Below, piece by piece: positions 1-16,455 of a stretch of DNA of 64,000 nucleotides. The stretch comes from the human T2T-CHM13v2.0 reference genome, Homo sapiens. The stretch lies in NCBI RefSeq assembly GCF_009914755.1, contig NC_060928.1. One strand, 5' to 3'. Made by a program: the position numbers and the translations under genes. Numbering within the stretch: position 1 is the first letter of the stretch; every line of letters begins with the position of its first letter. The notes beneath the pieces are model-generated. The model had not been told where the DNA came from, ran no database searches, and saw only the letters and a program-made list of their open reading frames with translations.

Positions 1-1010
1 TATGGCATCACATTTTATTCAACGTTTTGTTTTTTCACTCAGTATTGTATATTTTATATCTTTCCATCCTGATACAAGTTTAATTATTTTGTTTACTGTA
101 AATATATATATTATTCTCTCATATGAATATCCCTCATTTATTTAATCATACCCCTATTGATGGACATTTAGATTTTGTTTATAATTCATTGCTTTTATAA
201 AAATGCTGCAATGAAACTTTTTGTAAGTCATGTTATGCATGTGAGCATGAGTTTCTTTCTTGAGTATGTATGTGGAAGTGGAAAAGTGAAATTGATAAAT
301 GTATTAATCAAGGTTATCTACAGAAACAGAACCAATAGGACATATATCGATGCTTAGAAAAAGATTTATTATGGGGCATTGGCTCACTCAATTTTGAAGG
401 CTGAGAAATTCCATGTTCTGTCCTCTGTAAACTAGAGACCCACTAAAGCTGGTGGTATAGTTCCAGTCCGAACCTGAAGACTTGAGAACCAAGGGAGCCA
501 ATGGTGTAGTCCCAATCCAAGTTTGAAGGTCCCCAAACTAGGTACCACTGATGTGAGTCCTGGCTCGAGTTCAAGGCCAAGGATCAGGAGCACTGATGTC
601 CAAGGGCAGGAGAGGATGGATGACCCAGCTCAAAAAGAGGGAGAAATTTGCCCTTTCTCTGAGCTTTTGTTCTTTCTCTGAGTTTTTAGTCTGACCTCAA
701 TAGATACAATGAGGTCCATCCACAAGGGTGAGGGCAGAGTTTCGTGGCTGTGTCCACTGGTTCATTTGCTAATCTCTTCCAGAACACCCTTACAGACACA
801 CCCAGAAATAATGTTGAACTAGCTGTATGGGCATCCCAAAGCCTAATCAAGTTCATACATAAAATTAACCATCAGAGTAAAGATTGTACATTTTCAAGTT
901 TACTTACTAAATATCACCAGATCATTCTCAAAAGTGGTTGTATCAATTTGCACTCTGAATGAGAATGTCCCTTTCCACACACCTTTACCTGCACCTGGAA
1001 TTTCAGGACT
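1..1010 (-). mobile_element. Old L1M (L1ME/MC-like) 3' remnant, interrupted by the LTR at 300-876
   Basis: Degenerate antisense L1 3' motifs (ctattgatggacatttag, aatgctgcaatgaa, aaagtggttgtatcaatttgcactc) on both sides of the LTR. Confidence 0.6.
300..876 (-). mobile_element. MLT2-family (ERVL) solo LTR
   Basis: Starts tgtattaatcaaggtt..cagaaacagaaccaatagga and ends cataaaattaaccatca; approximate 5-bp TSD ataaa/gtaaa. Confidence 0.85.
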
Positions 1011-1018
1011 CACTTCTT

Positions 1019-1033
1019 AAAACATAATGCTTT
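1019..1033 (+). repeat. Target-site duplication, left copy (AAAACATAATGCTTT); right copy at 7488-7502
   Basis: Exact 15-bp match; the left copy sits in a canonical TT/AAAA L1 endonuclease site and the right copy directly follows the poly(A). Confidence 0.85.
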
Positions 1034-1168
1034 TAATTTTTTGTGTTTTTAGTAGAGACGGGGTTTCACCTTGTTAGCCAGGATGGTCTGGATCTCCTGA
1101 CCTCGTGATCTGCCCGCCTAGGCCTCCCAAAGTGCTGGGATAACAGGCGTGAGCCACCGTGCCCGGCC
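1034..1168 (-). mobile_element. Alu left monomer (AluY/Sc-like), truncated at the central A-rich linker
   Basis: tttttagtagagacggggtttcacc..ttagccaggatggtc..cctcgtgatc..gagccaccgtgcccggcc; no right arm and no TSD of its own. Confidence 0.95.
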
Positions 1169-1310
1169 CCTCATAAGGCTTGCTTTCATAAATATCTGAT
1201 GCCATCAAAACCAGTTTTCTTCGTTGACATCTTAAGATCAAATTTCTCAGGACAAGATAATCTTCAAATGAAAAAAATAACTTTTTGAATAAGAATTTTT
1301 AAAAAAATCA

Positions 1311-2342
1311 GAGGAGCCAAGATGGCCGAATAAGAACAGCTCTGGTCTACAGCTCCTAGTGTGAGTGATGCAGAAGACGGGTGACTTCTGCATTTCCATC
1401 TGAGGTACCGGGTTCATCTCACTAGGGAGTGCCAGACAGTGGGCGCAGGACAATGGGTGCAGTGCACTGTGTGTGAGCTGAAGCAGGGCAAGGCATTGCC
1501 TCACTTGGGAAGCACAAGGGGTCAGGGAGTTCCCTTTCCTAGTCAAAGAAAGGGGTGACAGACGGCACCTGGAAAATTGGGTCACTCCCACCCAAATACT
1601 GCACTTTTCCGACGGGCTTAAAAAATGGTGCACCAGGAGATTATATCCCGCACCTGGTTCAGAGGGTCCTCCGCCCATGGAATCTCACTGATTGCTAGCA
1701 CAGCAGTCTGAGATCAAACTGCAAGGCAGCAGCAAGGCTGGGGGAGGGGCGCCCGCCATTGCCGAGGCTTGCTTAGGTAAACAAAGCAGCTGGGAAGCTC
1801 GAACTGGGTGGAGCCCACCAAAGCTCAAGGAGGCCTGCCTGCCTCTCTAGGCTCCACCTCTGGGGACAGGGCACAGACAAACAAAAAGACAGCAGTAACC
1901 TCTGCAGACTTAAATGTCCCTGTCTGACAGCTTTGAAGAGAGCAGTGGTTCTCCCAGCACACAGCTGGAGATCTGAGAACTGGCAGACTGCCTCCTCAAG
2001 TGGGTCCCTGACCCCTGACCCCCGAGCAGCCTAACTGGGAGGCACCCCTAAGTAGGGGCAGACTGACACCTCACACAGCCGGGTACACCTCTGAGACAAA
2101 ACTTCCAGAGGAACGATCAGACAGCAGCATTCGTGGTTCATGAAAATCCGCTGTTCTGCAGACACTGCTGCTGATACCCAGGCAAACAGGGTCGAGAGTG
2201 GACCTCTGGTAAACTCCAACAGACATGCAGCTGAGGGTCCTGTCTGTTAGAAGGAAAACTAACAAACAGAAAGGACAACCACACCAAAAACCCATCTGTA
2301 CATCACCATCATCAAAGACCAAAAGTAGATAAAACCACAAAG
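1311..2342 (+). promoter_or_regulatory. L1 5'UTR internal sense/antisense promoter
   Basis: YY1 core caagatggccg at 1318-1328; many CpGs have decayed to TG/CA. Confidence 0.8.
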
Positions 2343-3359
2343 ATGGGGAAAAAACAGAGCAGAAAAACTGGAAACTCGAAAAAGCAGAGCGCCTCTCCTC
2401 CTCCAAGGGAAGGCAGTTCCTCACCAGCAACAGAACAAAGCTGGACGGAGAATGACTTTGATGAGTTGAGAGAAGAAGGCTTCAGACGATCAAACTACTC
2501 TGAGCTACAGGAGGAAATTCAAACCAAAGGCAAAGGAATTGAAAACTTTGAAAAAAATGTAGATGAATGTAGAACTAGAATAACCAATACAGAGCAGTGC
2601 TTAAAGGAGCTGATGGAGCTGAAATCCAAGGCTCAAGAACTACGTGAAGAATGTGGAAGCCTCAGGAGCCGATGCCATCAACTGGAAGAAAGGGTATCAG
2701 CGATGGAAGATGAAATGAATGAAATGAAGCAAGAAGGGAAGTTTAGAGAAAAAAGAATAAAAAGAAATGAACAAAGCCTCCAGGAAATATGGGATTATGT
2801 GAAAAGACCAAATCAATGTCTAATTGGTATACCTGAAAGTGACGGGGAGAATGGAACCAAGTTGGAAAACACTCTGCAGGATATTATCCAGGAGAACTTC
2901 CCCAATCTAGCAAGACAGGCAAACATTCAGATTCAGGAAACACAGAGAACACCACAAAGATACTCCTCGAGAAGAGCAACTCCAAGACACATAATTGTCA
3001 GATTCACCAAAGTTGAATTGAAGGAAAAAATGTTAAGGGCAGCCAGAGAGAAAGGTCGGGTTACCCACAAAGGGAAGCCCATCAGATTAACAGTGGATCT
3101 CTCGGCAGAAACTCTACAAGCCAGAAGAGAGTGGGGGCCAATATTCAACATTCTTAAAGAAAAGAATTTTCAACCCAGAATTTCATATCCAGCCACACTA
3201 AGCTTCATAAGTGAAGGAGAAATAAAATACTTTACAGAGAAGCAAATGCTGAGAGATTTTGTCACCACCAGGCCTGCCCTAAAAGAGCTCCTGAAGGAAG
3301 TGCTAAACATGGAAAGGAACAACCGGTACCAGCCGCTGCAAAAACATGCAAAAATGTAA
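2343..3359 (+). CDS. L1 ORF1p RNA-binding chaperone, full-length open frame (338 aa)
   Basis: MGKKQ...HAKM with coiled coil, RRM and CTD; REKG and ARR motifs present. Confidence 0.92.
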   Translation: MGKKQSRKTGNSKKQSASPPPREGSSSPATEQSWTENDFDELREEGFRRSNYSELQEEIQTKGKGIENFEKNVDECRTRITNTEQCLKELMELKSKAQELREECGSLRSRCHQLEERVSAMEDEMNEMKQEGKFREKRIKRNEQSLQEIWDYVKRPNQCLIGIPESDGENGTKLENTLQDIIQENFPNLARQANIQIQETQRTPQRYSSRRATPRHIIVRFTKVELKEKMLRAAREKGRVTHKGKPIRLTVDLSAETLQARREWGPIFNILKEKNFQPRISYPATLSFISEGEIKYFTEKQMLRDFVTTRPALKELLKEVLNMERNNRYQPLQKHAKM

Positions 3360-3422
3360 AGACCATCGAAACTAGGAAGAAACTGCATCAACTGACAAGC
3401 AAAATCACCAGCTAACATCATA

Positions 3423-7236
<3,814 letters not shown>

Positions 7237-7565
7237 ACAATGGGAACACATGGACACAGGAAGGGGAACATCACACTCTGGGGACTGTTGTGGGGTGGGG
7301 GGAGGGGGGAGGGATGGCATTAGGAGATATACCTAATGCTAAATGATGAGTTGATGGGTGCAGCACACCAGCATGGCACATGTATACATATGTAACTAAC
7401 CTGCACAATGTGCACATGTACCCTAAAACTTAAAGTATAATAATAATAAAAAAACAAGTCATTTTTCGAAAAAAAACAAAAAAACAAAAAACATAATGCT
7501 TTGTGAGATACTCACAATCCAGGGAGACACTATCTGTTAAACATCTTGAGTATATTTAAATGTTC

Positions 7566-7710
7566 AAAAAATAATTAGTATGTGATGTGATGGATAGGAT
7601 AGTTCAGTTTGATTAAATCATTCCACTATGTAAAAAGATATCGAAATGTCACATTGCACACCATAAATATATACGATTATTATTTGTGAAATAAAAAGAA
7701 AAAAAAGAAA
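7566..7710 (+). mobile_element. L1MA-like 3' terminal fragment with A tail
   Basis: atgtgatgtgatgga..cacattgcacaccataaatatatac..aataaaaagaaaa. Confidence 0.7.
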
Positions 7711-7907
7711 TTTTTGCAGTGATGGAAGTTTTTCTAATCTGTCCTGTCTCTAAAATAATAGGGGTTAGTCACATGTGGTGATAGAGCAGTAGAAATGTGG
7801 CCAACGTGATTCCAAAACTGAATTTTAAATTTATTTAATTTTAATTAGTTTAATTTTAAATTTATATGGCCACATGTGGCTAGGGGTTGCCAGTTTGGAC
7901 AGAAAAG
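7711..7907. mobile_element. MER3-like hAT-Charlie MITE
   Basis: gcagtgatggaa..cacatgtgg..actgaattttaaattt..gccacatgtggctag..ttggacag. Confidence 0.75.
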
Positions 7908-8924
7908 GTCTCTGTGGATAGAAAAGACCTTCCAGCACTGGTGACGTATGACAAGCTTCAAGTGGAGGAAATGCATTAAATGTGGCTGATGTTCAAAGGC
8001 AGGAAAGATCACTGTCGGGGAGCTGAGGATCATTTGGAAAGGGAAAGTTTGAATTAGAAGTAAAGCTTATGTTGGGAGAGAAGCCTGAGCAAACAAGTTT
8101 GCAGTGAGGAGATGATTTATTAGCCACTAAAAATGACAGTTATGACAACCATATACAATATGGATAACTGCTTGCAATGCTTTATTAGGTGAAAAAATAA
8201 AAATAAAAAGTGGTGTAGACACTCCACAGCTTCTAAGAAGACATTTCATGCACATGAAAACTAAAGAAAATATACACAAAATAAGTGTGTTAGAGTTGAA
8301 ACTTTAAACATTATTATTATTATTTAATAATACTATTTTCAAAATATCTTTTATTCTTTATCATGCTTTCTTTTTTAAAGATTAACTAGCAGATCTTGTG
8401 GCTTTATAAGCATAAGTAATTTAATGAACAATTAAGAGCAAAATTTATTTATGGTAGCAGGTGATATTCATGAGTTGAAAACAGCTAAGCATAATCTTGA
8501 CTTGAACAGCAGAACTTCTAAGCAGAGAAAAACACAAATAAATAGATTGCTGAAAGTTTCTGACTCTGTGTGATCCTTCTGAAAATCGGTATTATGACAT
8601 ATTTTGAATAGATTATTCTAAACTACCTGCTGTGATCTTAGTCAATCAAAGTGTGAATTATTTAGGAAACAGGTTTTTTTCTTTCTTATTGGAGTGTAAG
8701 GCAGGTACTAGTTTCTCTCCAAATAAAAAATAAATAATAAATAAATCTGATAGAACACATGTTTACTAAGGTTGTGATTTAATTTTCCTCTTTTCCTTGG
8801 TCTTTGTATATTCCAAAGGAAGTAGAGATTTGGCACACATTTCCAGCTAGATTTGGTTGGTAAGACCTGGGGTATACAGGTATTACTTTGCTTATTCTAA
8901 AAAAAAAAAAAAAAAGAATGAATT

Positions 8925-9415
8925 TTTTTATTACAAAATCTCAAACTTGCTGAAAAGTTGCAAATGTAGAACAAAGAACTTTGAGGGTTTTTAATTTGAT
9001 GCCACATCTCCCCTTAACAATGTAGTATTTATTGATTCTAACCAAGAATGTTCTTCTGCATAGACATAATAATATCAAAATCAGGAAGGGAACCTTTGAT
9101 ACGTTACTATCATGTAATCTTCAAACTCCAGCAAAGTTTTATAAATGTCCCAATAATGTCCTCTCTGGTGAAAGGATCTAATTCAGAATCCTATGTTGCT
9201 GTGAGTTGCCTCATGTTTTTAAACTATTTCAGGCTGGAACAGCTCATCAGTCTTTCCTTGAAGTTCATACTCTTGACATGTATCAAGATTACAGGTCAGT
9301 TAATTGTACAATGTTTCTCAGTTTTGATTTGTCAGGTATTTCCCCATGATTAGTTTCACATTATACATTTTAAGCAGAAATATCTGAAAAGGGATGCTGT
9401 GTTCTTCTCATTGCA
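8925..9415 (-). mobile_element. Old L1MC/ME 3' remnant
   Basis: gaaaagttgcaa..tgtcccaataatgtcc..gttgctgtgagttgcc..tgctgtgttcttctcattgcatc. Confidence 0.6.
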
Positions 9416-9419
9416 TCTG

Positions 9420-9565
9420 AGGAAACTCTTGTATTTCCCCCAGATGACTCTGTAAAGATCTTTCACTCCCCATGCTGTTCTTACAACATGTTATTGACTC
9501 TCCTCTCATTGAAAGGTGGGATCCATGTTCTGTTCCTTGACCTGGGTGGGTCTCTGATTATGGAG
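9420..9565 (+). mobile_element. MLT1G-like LTR 5' fragment ending at the AT array
   Basis: catgctgttcttacaa..tgactctcctctcattgaaaggtggg..ccttgacctgggtggg. Confidence 0.55.
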
Positions 9566-9567
9566 GG

Positions 9568-9962
9568 ATATATATATATATATACACACACTATATATAG
9601 TATATATATAGTGTATATATAGTATATATACACTATATATATAGTGTATATATACTATATACACTATATATATAGTGTATATATACTATATACACTATAT
9701 ACTATATATATAGTATATATATACTATATATAGTATATATATATACTATATATATAGTATATATATACTATATATATAGTGTATATATATATACTATATA
9801 TAGTATATATATACACTATATATATAGTGTATATATATACTATATATATAGTATATATATATACTATATATATAGTATATATATACTATATATATAGTAT
9901 ATATATACTATATATATAGTATATATATATACTACATATATATAGTATATATATATATATAG
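9568..9962. repeat. Compound (TA)n array of alternating gt(at)nac / ct(at)nag units
   Basis: About 395 bp of ..actatatatatagtatatatatac.. Confidence 0.98.
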
Positions 9963-10019
9963 TAAATAGGGAAGGGCAGGAAAGGGCTAGCTTTTAGAGC
10001 TGGTAAATGATATTCATAT

Positions 10020-10290
10020 TCTGGTGTTGCCACTTACAGCTTTGTCTTTGGTTTTTGGCTAACTAGGGACTTTCAGTTTCCTCACCTGTAAAGTGTAGTG
10101 GGTGATGATAAAGGTGTTTCTCACATGAGTCTATTGTGAGGGCTGCCTGCTCATATTTTCCCTTTGCTCAGCCTACACTCTCACCAATGCTAAAACAGAT
10201 AGACCTGCTCCTAGAAGGCAGGGGCTTTCTACTTATCTGTGTATACCTAATGCTTAGCACATAGTAAGCATTCCATGAATATACAAAGTA
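10020..10290 (+). mobile_element. MIR fragment followed by an L2 3' tail fragment
   Basis: cagtttcctcacctgtaaa; ctcctagaaggcagggg..tgcttagcacatagtaagc. Confidence 0.55.
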
Positions 10291-11821
10291 AATTCGTTTA
10301 CATTAGGAATGAGTCAATTATATCACATTTTAAACTTTACGATTTTATATTTTTAATTTTTGTTGGTATTGTAAGTGCCACGTGAGTGATGGTTGTGACT
10401 TCTGAATAACGATTTCTACCTATCTGAAATATTCAAATATATATGTGTTTTGTACATACTGTTATATATATAGCCATTTTAAAACTTAATACTTGACTTT
10501 TAGCCCAAGTTTCTGGACTACAATAGGTGTTCAGTAAATATGAATAACCATCTAAATGGATATGTAGACGTATGAATAAGTAAATGATTAGTAGATATGT
10601 ATAAAAGAGGACATTCTGAACTGATTTAATTTTTTAGACCTTGCACAGATGGAAACCACCAAGAGTTTCACTGAATTAAATAGGGGAAGTACTTGGCCAG
10701 CCACACAGTACAGACTAGAGAGGAGATTTGCCCATTCTTCAGTTGAATGGAATGTTTAGATGTCATAAATGGAAAGTGTAGATTCAGGACTGTTATATGG
10801 CATAAGAAACTGAATGTGATTATTATACTGGTAATTTGAGCCCCTGTTTTGCAATATACTACAGGATAAAGTCCAAATTTCTAAGCACGGTATACAAAGT
10901 GCTTCCCCATCTGGCTGCAACCTATGTCTCCAGCCTTATCTGGCATTTCCCTTTCTGTCTTTCATTTTAGATACAGCCATGGACTTAACATTTCTCCTTT
11001 CTCAGCATATTTTTTTCCATTGCAAAATGGAAATAATAGCAACCCTGATTCTCTCACTGAATTGCTGAGACTCAAATGATATAAAGCATGATAATTAGCA
11101 AATGGTATTTAAAGCATTAAATATTTTCTAATTATGTAATGCATGCCACAGATGGCAGAAACACTAGGAATCAGTAAGCCACAGTTCTCATCCTCCTAGG
11201 GAAATGAGGAACACAGACATTAGAATGGACATGCCCAGTAAAATGCTATAAGTGCTATCAATCAGTATAGTGGTTATTATTGGCACATGTTGAGTTATTA
11301 TGTATTATTTAAAAATTTTATTTATTGAGCACACAGTATAAGCAGTCTAGTTGGTATTTTTAACATTGTCCAAAAGATATAGTCTCTATTCTCTATAGTT
11401 TGTTTATTTTAGGACAGTAAGGTGGCAATAAACAAACAAATGGATAAATAATATAATTATACTTGGAAATAAATATTATGAAGGAAAATAAAGGAGAGTA
11501 AAGGATAGAGACTAATGGAATTGGAGACTAGTTCGCTTATCATAGGGAAAGAAGGTCTCTCCTAAGTGGAAATATATAAAAATGCCTCACAGGACTGAGA
11601 ATGAAAACCTTGTAAATAATGAAAAGGGAGGCAGATGGAACTGGGACTAAAAAGACCCCAGGGCAGGAATGTATTTGTGAATTACAGGAATAGCAATAAG
11701 TCCCGTAATCAACATAGACTGATGGAGCTATGTGGTGTGAAATGAAGTTAGAGGTATCAGCAGAGTCCAGACCATGTAGGACTCTGTCCATAGCAATAGA
11801 GTTTAAATTTTGTTTATAATA

Positions 11822-12206
11822 TATATTAGTTTGTTCTCAAACCACTATAAAGACATACCTAACACTGGGCAATTTATAAAGAAAAGGGGTTTAATTGGCT
11901 CACAGTTCCACAGGCTGTACAGGAAGCATAGCTGGGGAGGCCTCAGGAAACTCACGATCATGGCAGAAGGTGAAAGGGAAGCAGGTATATCTTATATGGC
12001 CTGAGCAGGAGGAAGAGAGAGGGAGGAGGTGCAGAACACTTTTAAACAGCCAGATCTAGTGAGAACACACTCACTCTCATGAGAACAGCACCAAAGGGGA
12101 AATCTGCCCCGATTATCCAGTCACCTCCCACCATGTCCCCACTCCGACATTGGGGATTACATTTCAACATGAGATTTGGGCAGGGACACAGACCCAGACC
12201 ATATTA
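11822..12206 (-). mobile_element. MSTA-like MaLR solo LTR
   Basis: tatattagt..ggctcacagttccacaggctgtacaggaagcat..catgagatttgggcagggacacag..accatatta; approximate TSD taata/taatg. Confidence 0.9.
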
Positions 12207-12248
12207 TAATGCATTCTACTCTTTTTATTAGAGTTTTGAGTAGGTGAG

Positions 12249-12620
12249 TGTATTAGTCCATTCTCACTCTGCTGTAAAAACTGCTTGAGACTGGGTAATT
12301 TATAAAGGAAAGAGGTTTAATTGGCTCACAGTCAGCATGGCTGGGGAGGCCTCAGGAAACTTACAATCATGGCAGAAGGTGAAGAGGAAGCAAGGTTGTC
12401 TTCACAAAGTGGCAGGAAGGGGAAGAATGAGGAGTGAAGGGAGAAGAGTCCCTTTTATAACCATCAGATCTCATGAGAACTCATTGACTATCAGGAGAAC
12501 AGCATGGGGGAAACCACCCCCATGATCCAATTACCTCCACCTGATATGGGGATTATGAGGATTAGAGGGATTGTAATTCAAGATGAGATTTGGGTGGGGA
12601 CAAAAAACCTAACCATATCT
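12249..12620 (-). mobile_element. THE1D/C-like MaLR solo LTR
   Basis: tgtattagtccattctcac..catggctggggaggcctcaggaaacttacaatcatggcagaagg..gagatttgggtggggac..aaccatatc. Confidence 0.92.
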
Positions 12621-13727
12621 TAGAGTAACATGATCTGATTTATATATTAAAGTGAAAATAAACAGTAAGGGAGCAAGAATGGAGGCTACTGAAGAATTTG
12701 ATGAAAGAATATAGTGGCTTGACCTGGTAGGTTAGTGGTAAAATTGTTGAGAAATAGTTCAAATCACAATATTTGTTGGAAGTAACCACAGAGGACTTTT
12801 TAATCCAAAGGATGTGGGAGGTAAGGAAAAGCAGTCAAGGGAATGAATAACTGAGAATATGTAGAGCTCAGGGAAGGGAGAGGGTGCTAACAATTTTTTA
12901 TTTTGTCTTTTATTTAGCTGGGCCTTTAAGCCTTAAATCCTAGGTATTATCCCTATTTTATTTTGAGAGATTTTGGCCTCAGAGGCTAGGGTGTCAGCTC
13001 AAGGTCACATACCTCGTTAGCAACCTATCTGTTATCAGGAGGCCAGCCTTTGTGTAAGGCTCAGTGCATGAACTGGCATTACAACCAAGTGTTGTTGTCT
13101 CATGCTATTCAGAAAAGAACAAATATATATGCAGGTGACCACTTCACAATGCAAAATGTGTATATGAAGAAGGCTGATTTCAGTATTGCCTGGGAAAGTG
13201 AACAAAATTACACTAGCCTGGAGGGATCCATTGAGTTTTTATTGGTGAAGGAAGAAGAAGTTACTCAAGGTTAAGGCACAAAACTGGGAATAAACACAGG
13301 CATATAATGACACCTAAGAAGAAGTGATGAACAGTTTACAAAGGAGTAAACATTTATTATTTATTCATTAGTGTGACAAACCTAGTGCCACACTGTGACA
13401 TATCATGACAAGTACTGGTGATCCAGTCCCCATGCTGCTTGTCTCTACATACGGGTGATGAGACAGATATTCTCAGGGGTTACCTACAAACCCCAGTGTG
13501 CAAAAGGAAGTGAAAGAAGGGGAATTAGAGCCCAGGACATCTGCTTTTATATTCATTAAAGACAAGGAAGACGTCTTAGAGACCATAGACTCTGCCCAGG
13601 TAACCACCTGATTGGAATTGCATGTGAATGAAGATCACAATAATTGAAAAATAAAAAATGGACATATTGAAGACTTAAAACATGGTGCTTTTATTACGTA
13701 TGTATTGTGAACTTTTATCACTCTCAA

Positions 13728-14255
13728 GATAACTCATCCATCAGCTCAATATTACCATTTTTCTACCTGTAGTTAGAACATTAAAGATCTATTCTCTCAG
13801 TAAATGTCAAGTATACAATATAGGATTAATAACTGTAGTCACCATGCTTATGTAGTCACCAGAACTTATTCAACTGCTTAACTAAAACTGTGCATTCTTT
13901 GACTAACATCAACCCATTTTTGGCCTCTTCCCAGTCCCTCACAATCACCATTCTACTCTCAGCTTCCTTGATTTCAACTTTTTTTGATTACATACGTAAG
14001 TGAGATCATGTAGTATTTGTGTTTCTGCACCCATTTTATTTCATTTAACATAATGTCCTACAGGTTCATCCATGCTGTTGCAAATGACAGGGTCTCTCCT
14101 TCTTTCTTAAGGTGGAATTATATAGAGATATAGATAGAACATATAAATAATGTATATATACACATATATGTATGCATATATATGCACATACATCACATTT
14201 TCTTTATCCATCAATGGCTAGTTTATCTGAACTATTGTGAATAATGCTACAACAA
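13728..14255 (-). mobile_element. L1MA 3' fragment
   Basis: caagtatacaata..gtcaccatgc..gtaagtgagatcatg..ggttcatccatgctgttgcaaatgacagg. Confidence 0.85.
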
Positions 14256-14477
14256 GAATAATTTCTTCTTTGCTGTAGAACAATTGATATTTATAAAAAC
14301 AATCTGTGATTACGTTAATAAACTCAGACCATCACTGTTGAATAAACATGGCCCTGAGTAAAAAGACTTGGTTTCTGGAGGTGGCAATGACACTGATTAG
14401 ATTAGAAGGACACCTTTTATAGTCATTCTCCTTCTCTGGTCAGTTTGCTCCTCCAATAAATGTAATTTGACAAAATG

Positions 14478-14700
14478 TGGCAGTGTGACACAATGGTTGA
14501 GAGTTTGGATCTAGAGTCAGAGAGAAGTGTGTTTTCTTTCACCCTAGCTCCATCACTACACAGCTACTTGGCTCTCAAATTGCCTGTTTCCTTTGTGTGG
14601 AATAAGTGCGTATACCCTCCAAGGTCAGTGTGAAGATTAGATGACAAAATGAATATAAAATATTTAGTATACTACCTGGGATATACTAAGTAGTTAATGT
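14478..14700 (+). mobile_element. MIR
   Basis: ggcagtgtgacacaatggttgagagtttggatctagagtcaga..gtgaagattagatga. Confidence 0.7.
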
Positions 14701-15406
14701 TACATTATTATAATAGTGGCATGTGTTAATATTATTACATTATATATTATGCTATTATGTTATTATTCCTATCATATTAATAGAATAAATATTATATTAT
14801 CATATGCTACTATCATATTGTTATTGTTACCTCAGGTGTATTCCCATTCTTTATGTTGTATGAATTTATTAAACTTTTATGTTGAGTGGTACACAACGAA
14901 TAGCTATTCTATTTCTTGAAATTTTCTTTATAGTGACAGTGTTAGTAATGTGATTACACAGATGAGATGTTTAAACTCTCAGAGAGGAGCTAAATACCTC
15001 CATGGGTATTATATTTCTAAAAACAAGCATTCTAAATATCCTCAGATCTTTTCTGTATTCAAAAATAATTAATACTATGAGAAATAATTAAACTTATTTA
15101 TAGTCAAATGGCATTTTCTAAAAAAGCATTGATAGTTTCTATGGGATTTCAGAAAACTGTCTTAGTATATTTAAATATGACACATCAAAATAAGTAAACA
15201 ATTGAATAAAGAAGCACTGTAATTCTTTACTGGAAACAACTTCATGTATCTTCTAACTACTGCTATGCTGAGGTTAGCTGAGGCAAAAGGAAGTTGATAA
15301 AGCATTTTTTATTTATGGGAGAATATTTCAGTCTCTCATGCCCAAAATACATCATTTTTATGTACATTTTAACACATGTAGTAGCATTTTCTACAGAGTG
15401 TAAGTT

Positions 15407-15433
15407 TGTGTGTGTGTGTGTATGTGTGTGTGT
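15407..15433. repeat. (TG)n microsatellite
   Basis: Directly visible. Confidence 0.9.
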
Positions 15434-15819
15434 ATTAGAGTAAGGAGTCAAACACCATGGCAATAGGTTAAGAGTATACAAGTGCCTGATAATGATGGAA
15501 AAGACAGAAAATAAAAACTCTTAGCAACAGAGATAACCAAAAACCCTAGTAATACAGAACCATTCAGGATAAGAACAAATAATTGATTTACTTCAGATCT
15601 GCCCTTTGTAACGTTCATAACTACTACTTTTATCCAAAACTAATATTGTTTAATTTATGCGACTTAAGAAGAGGTCAATAAATTTAGAATGAATTCCACT
15701 GAGGATTGTTATTATCAATGTCCATGATTAAAATAAAATTTAAACACATATACTTCTTTTTTTTAATGATAAGCTCCTCATAGGAGATTTTTTGGACTTT
15801 TAACTAAAGCCTTGTAGTC

Positions 15820-16455
<636 letters not shown>

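Larger units (their letters stand above)
11318..12850 (-). mobile_element. L2 remnant interrupted by two MaLR LTRs
   Basis: tttatttattgagcac..atgaaggaaaataaa..ccagaccatgtagg..catgatctgattta..gtggcttgac. Confidence 0.7.
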
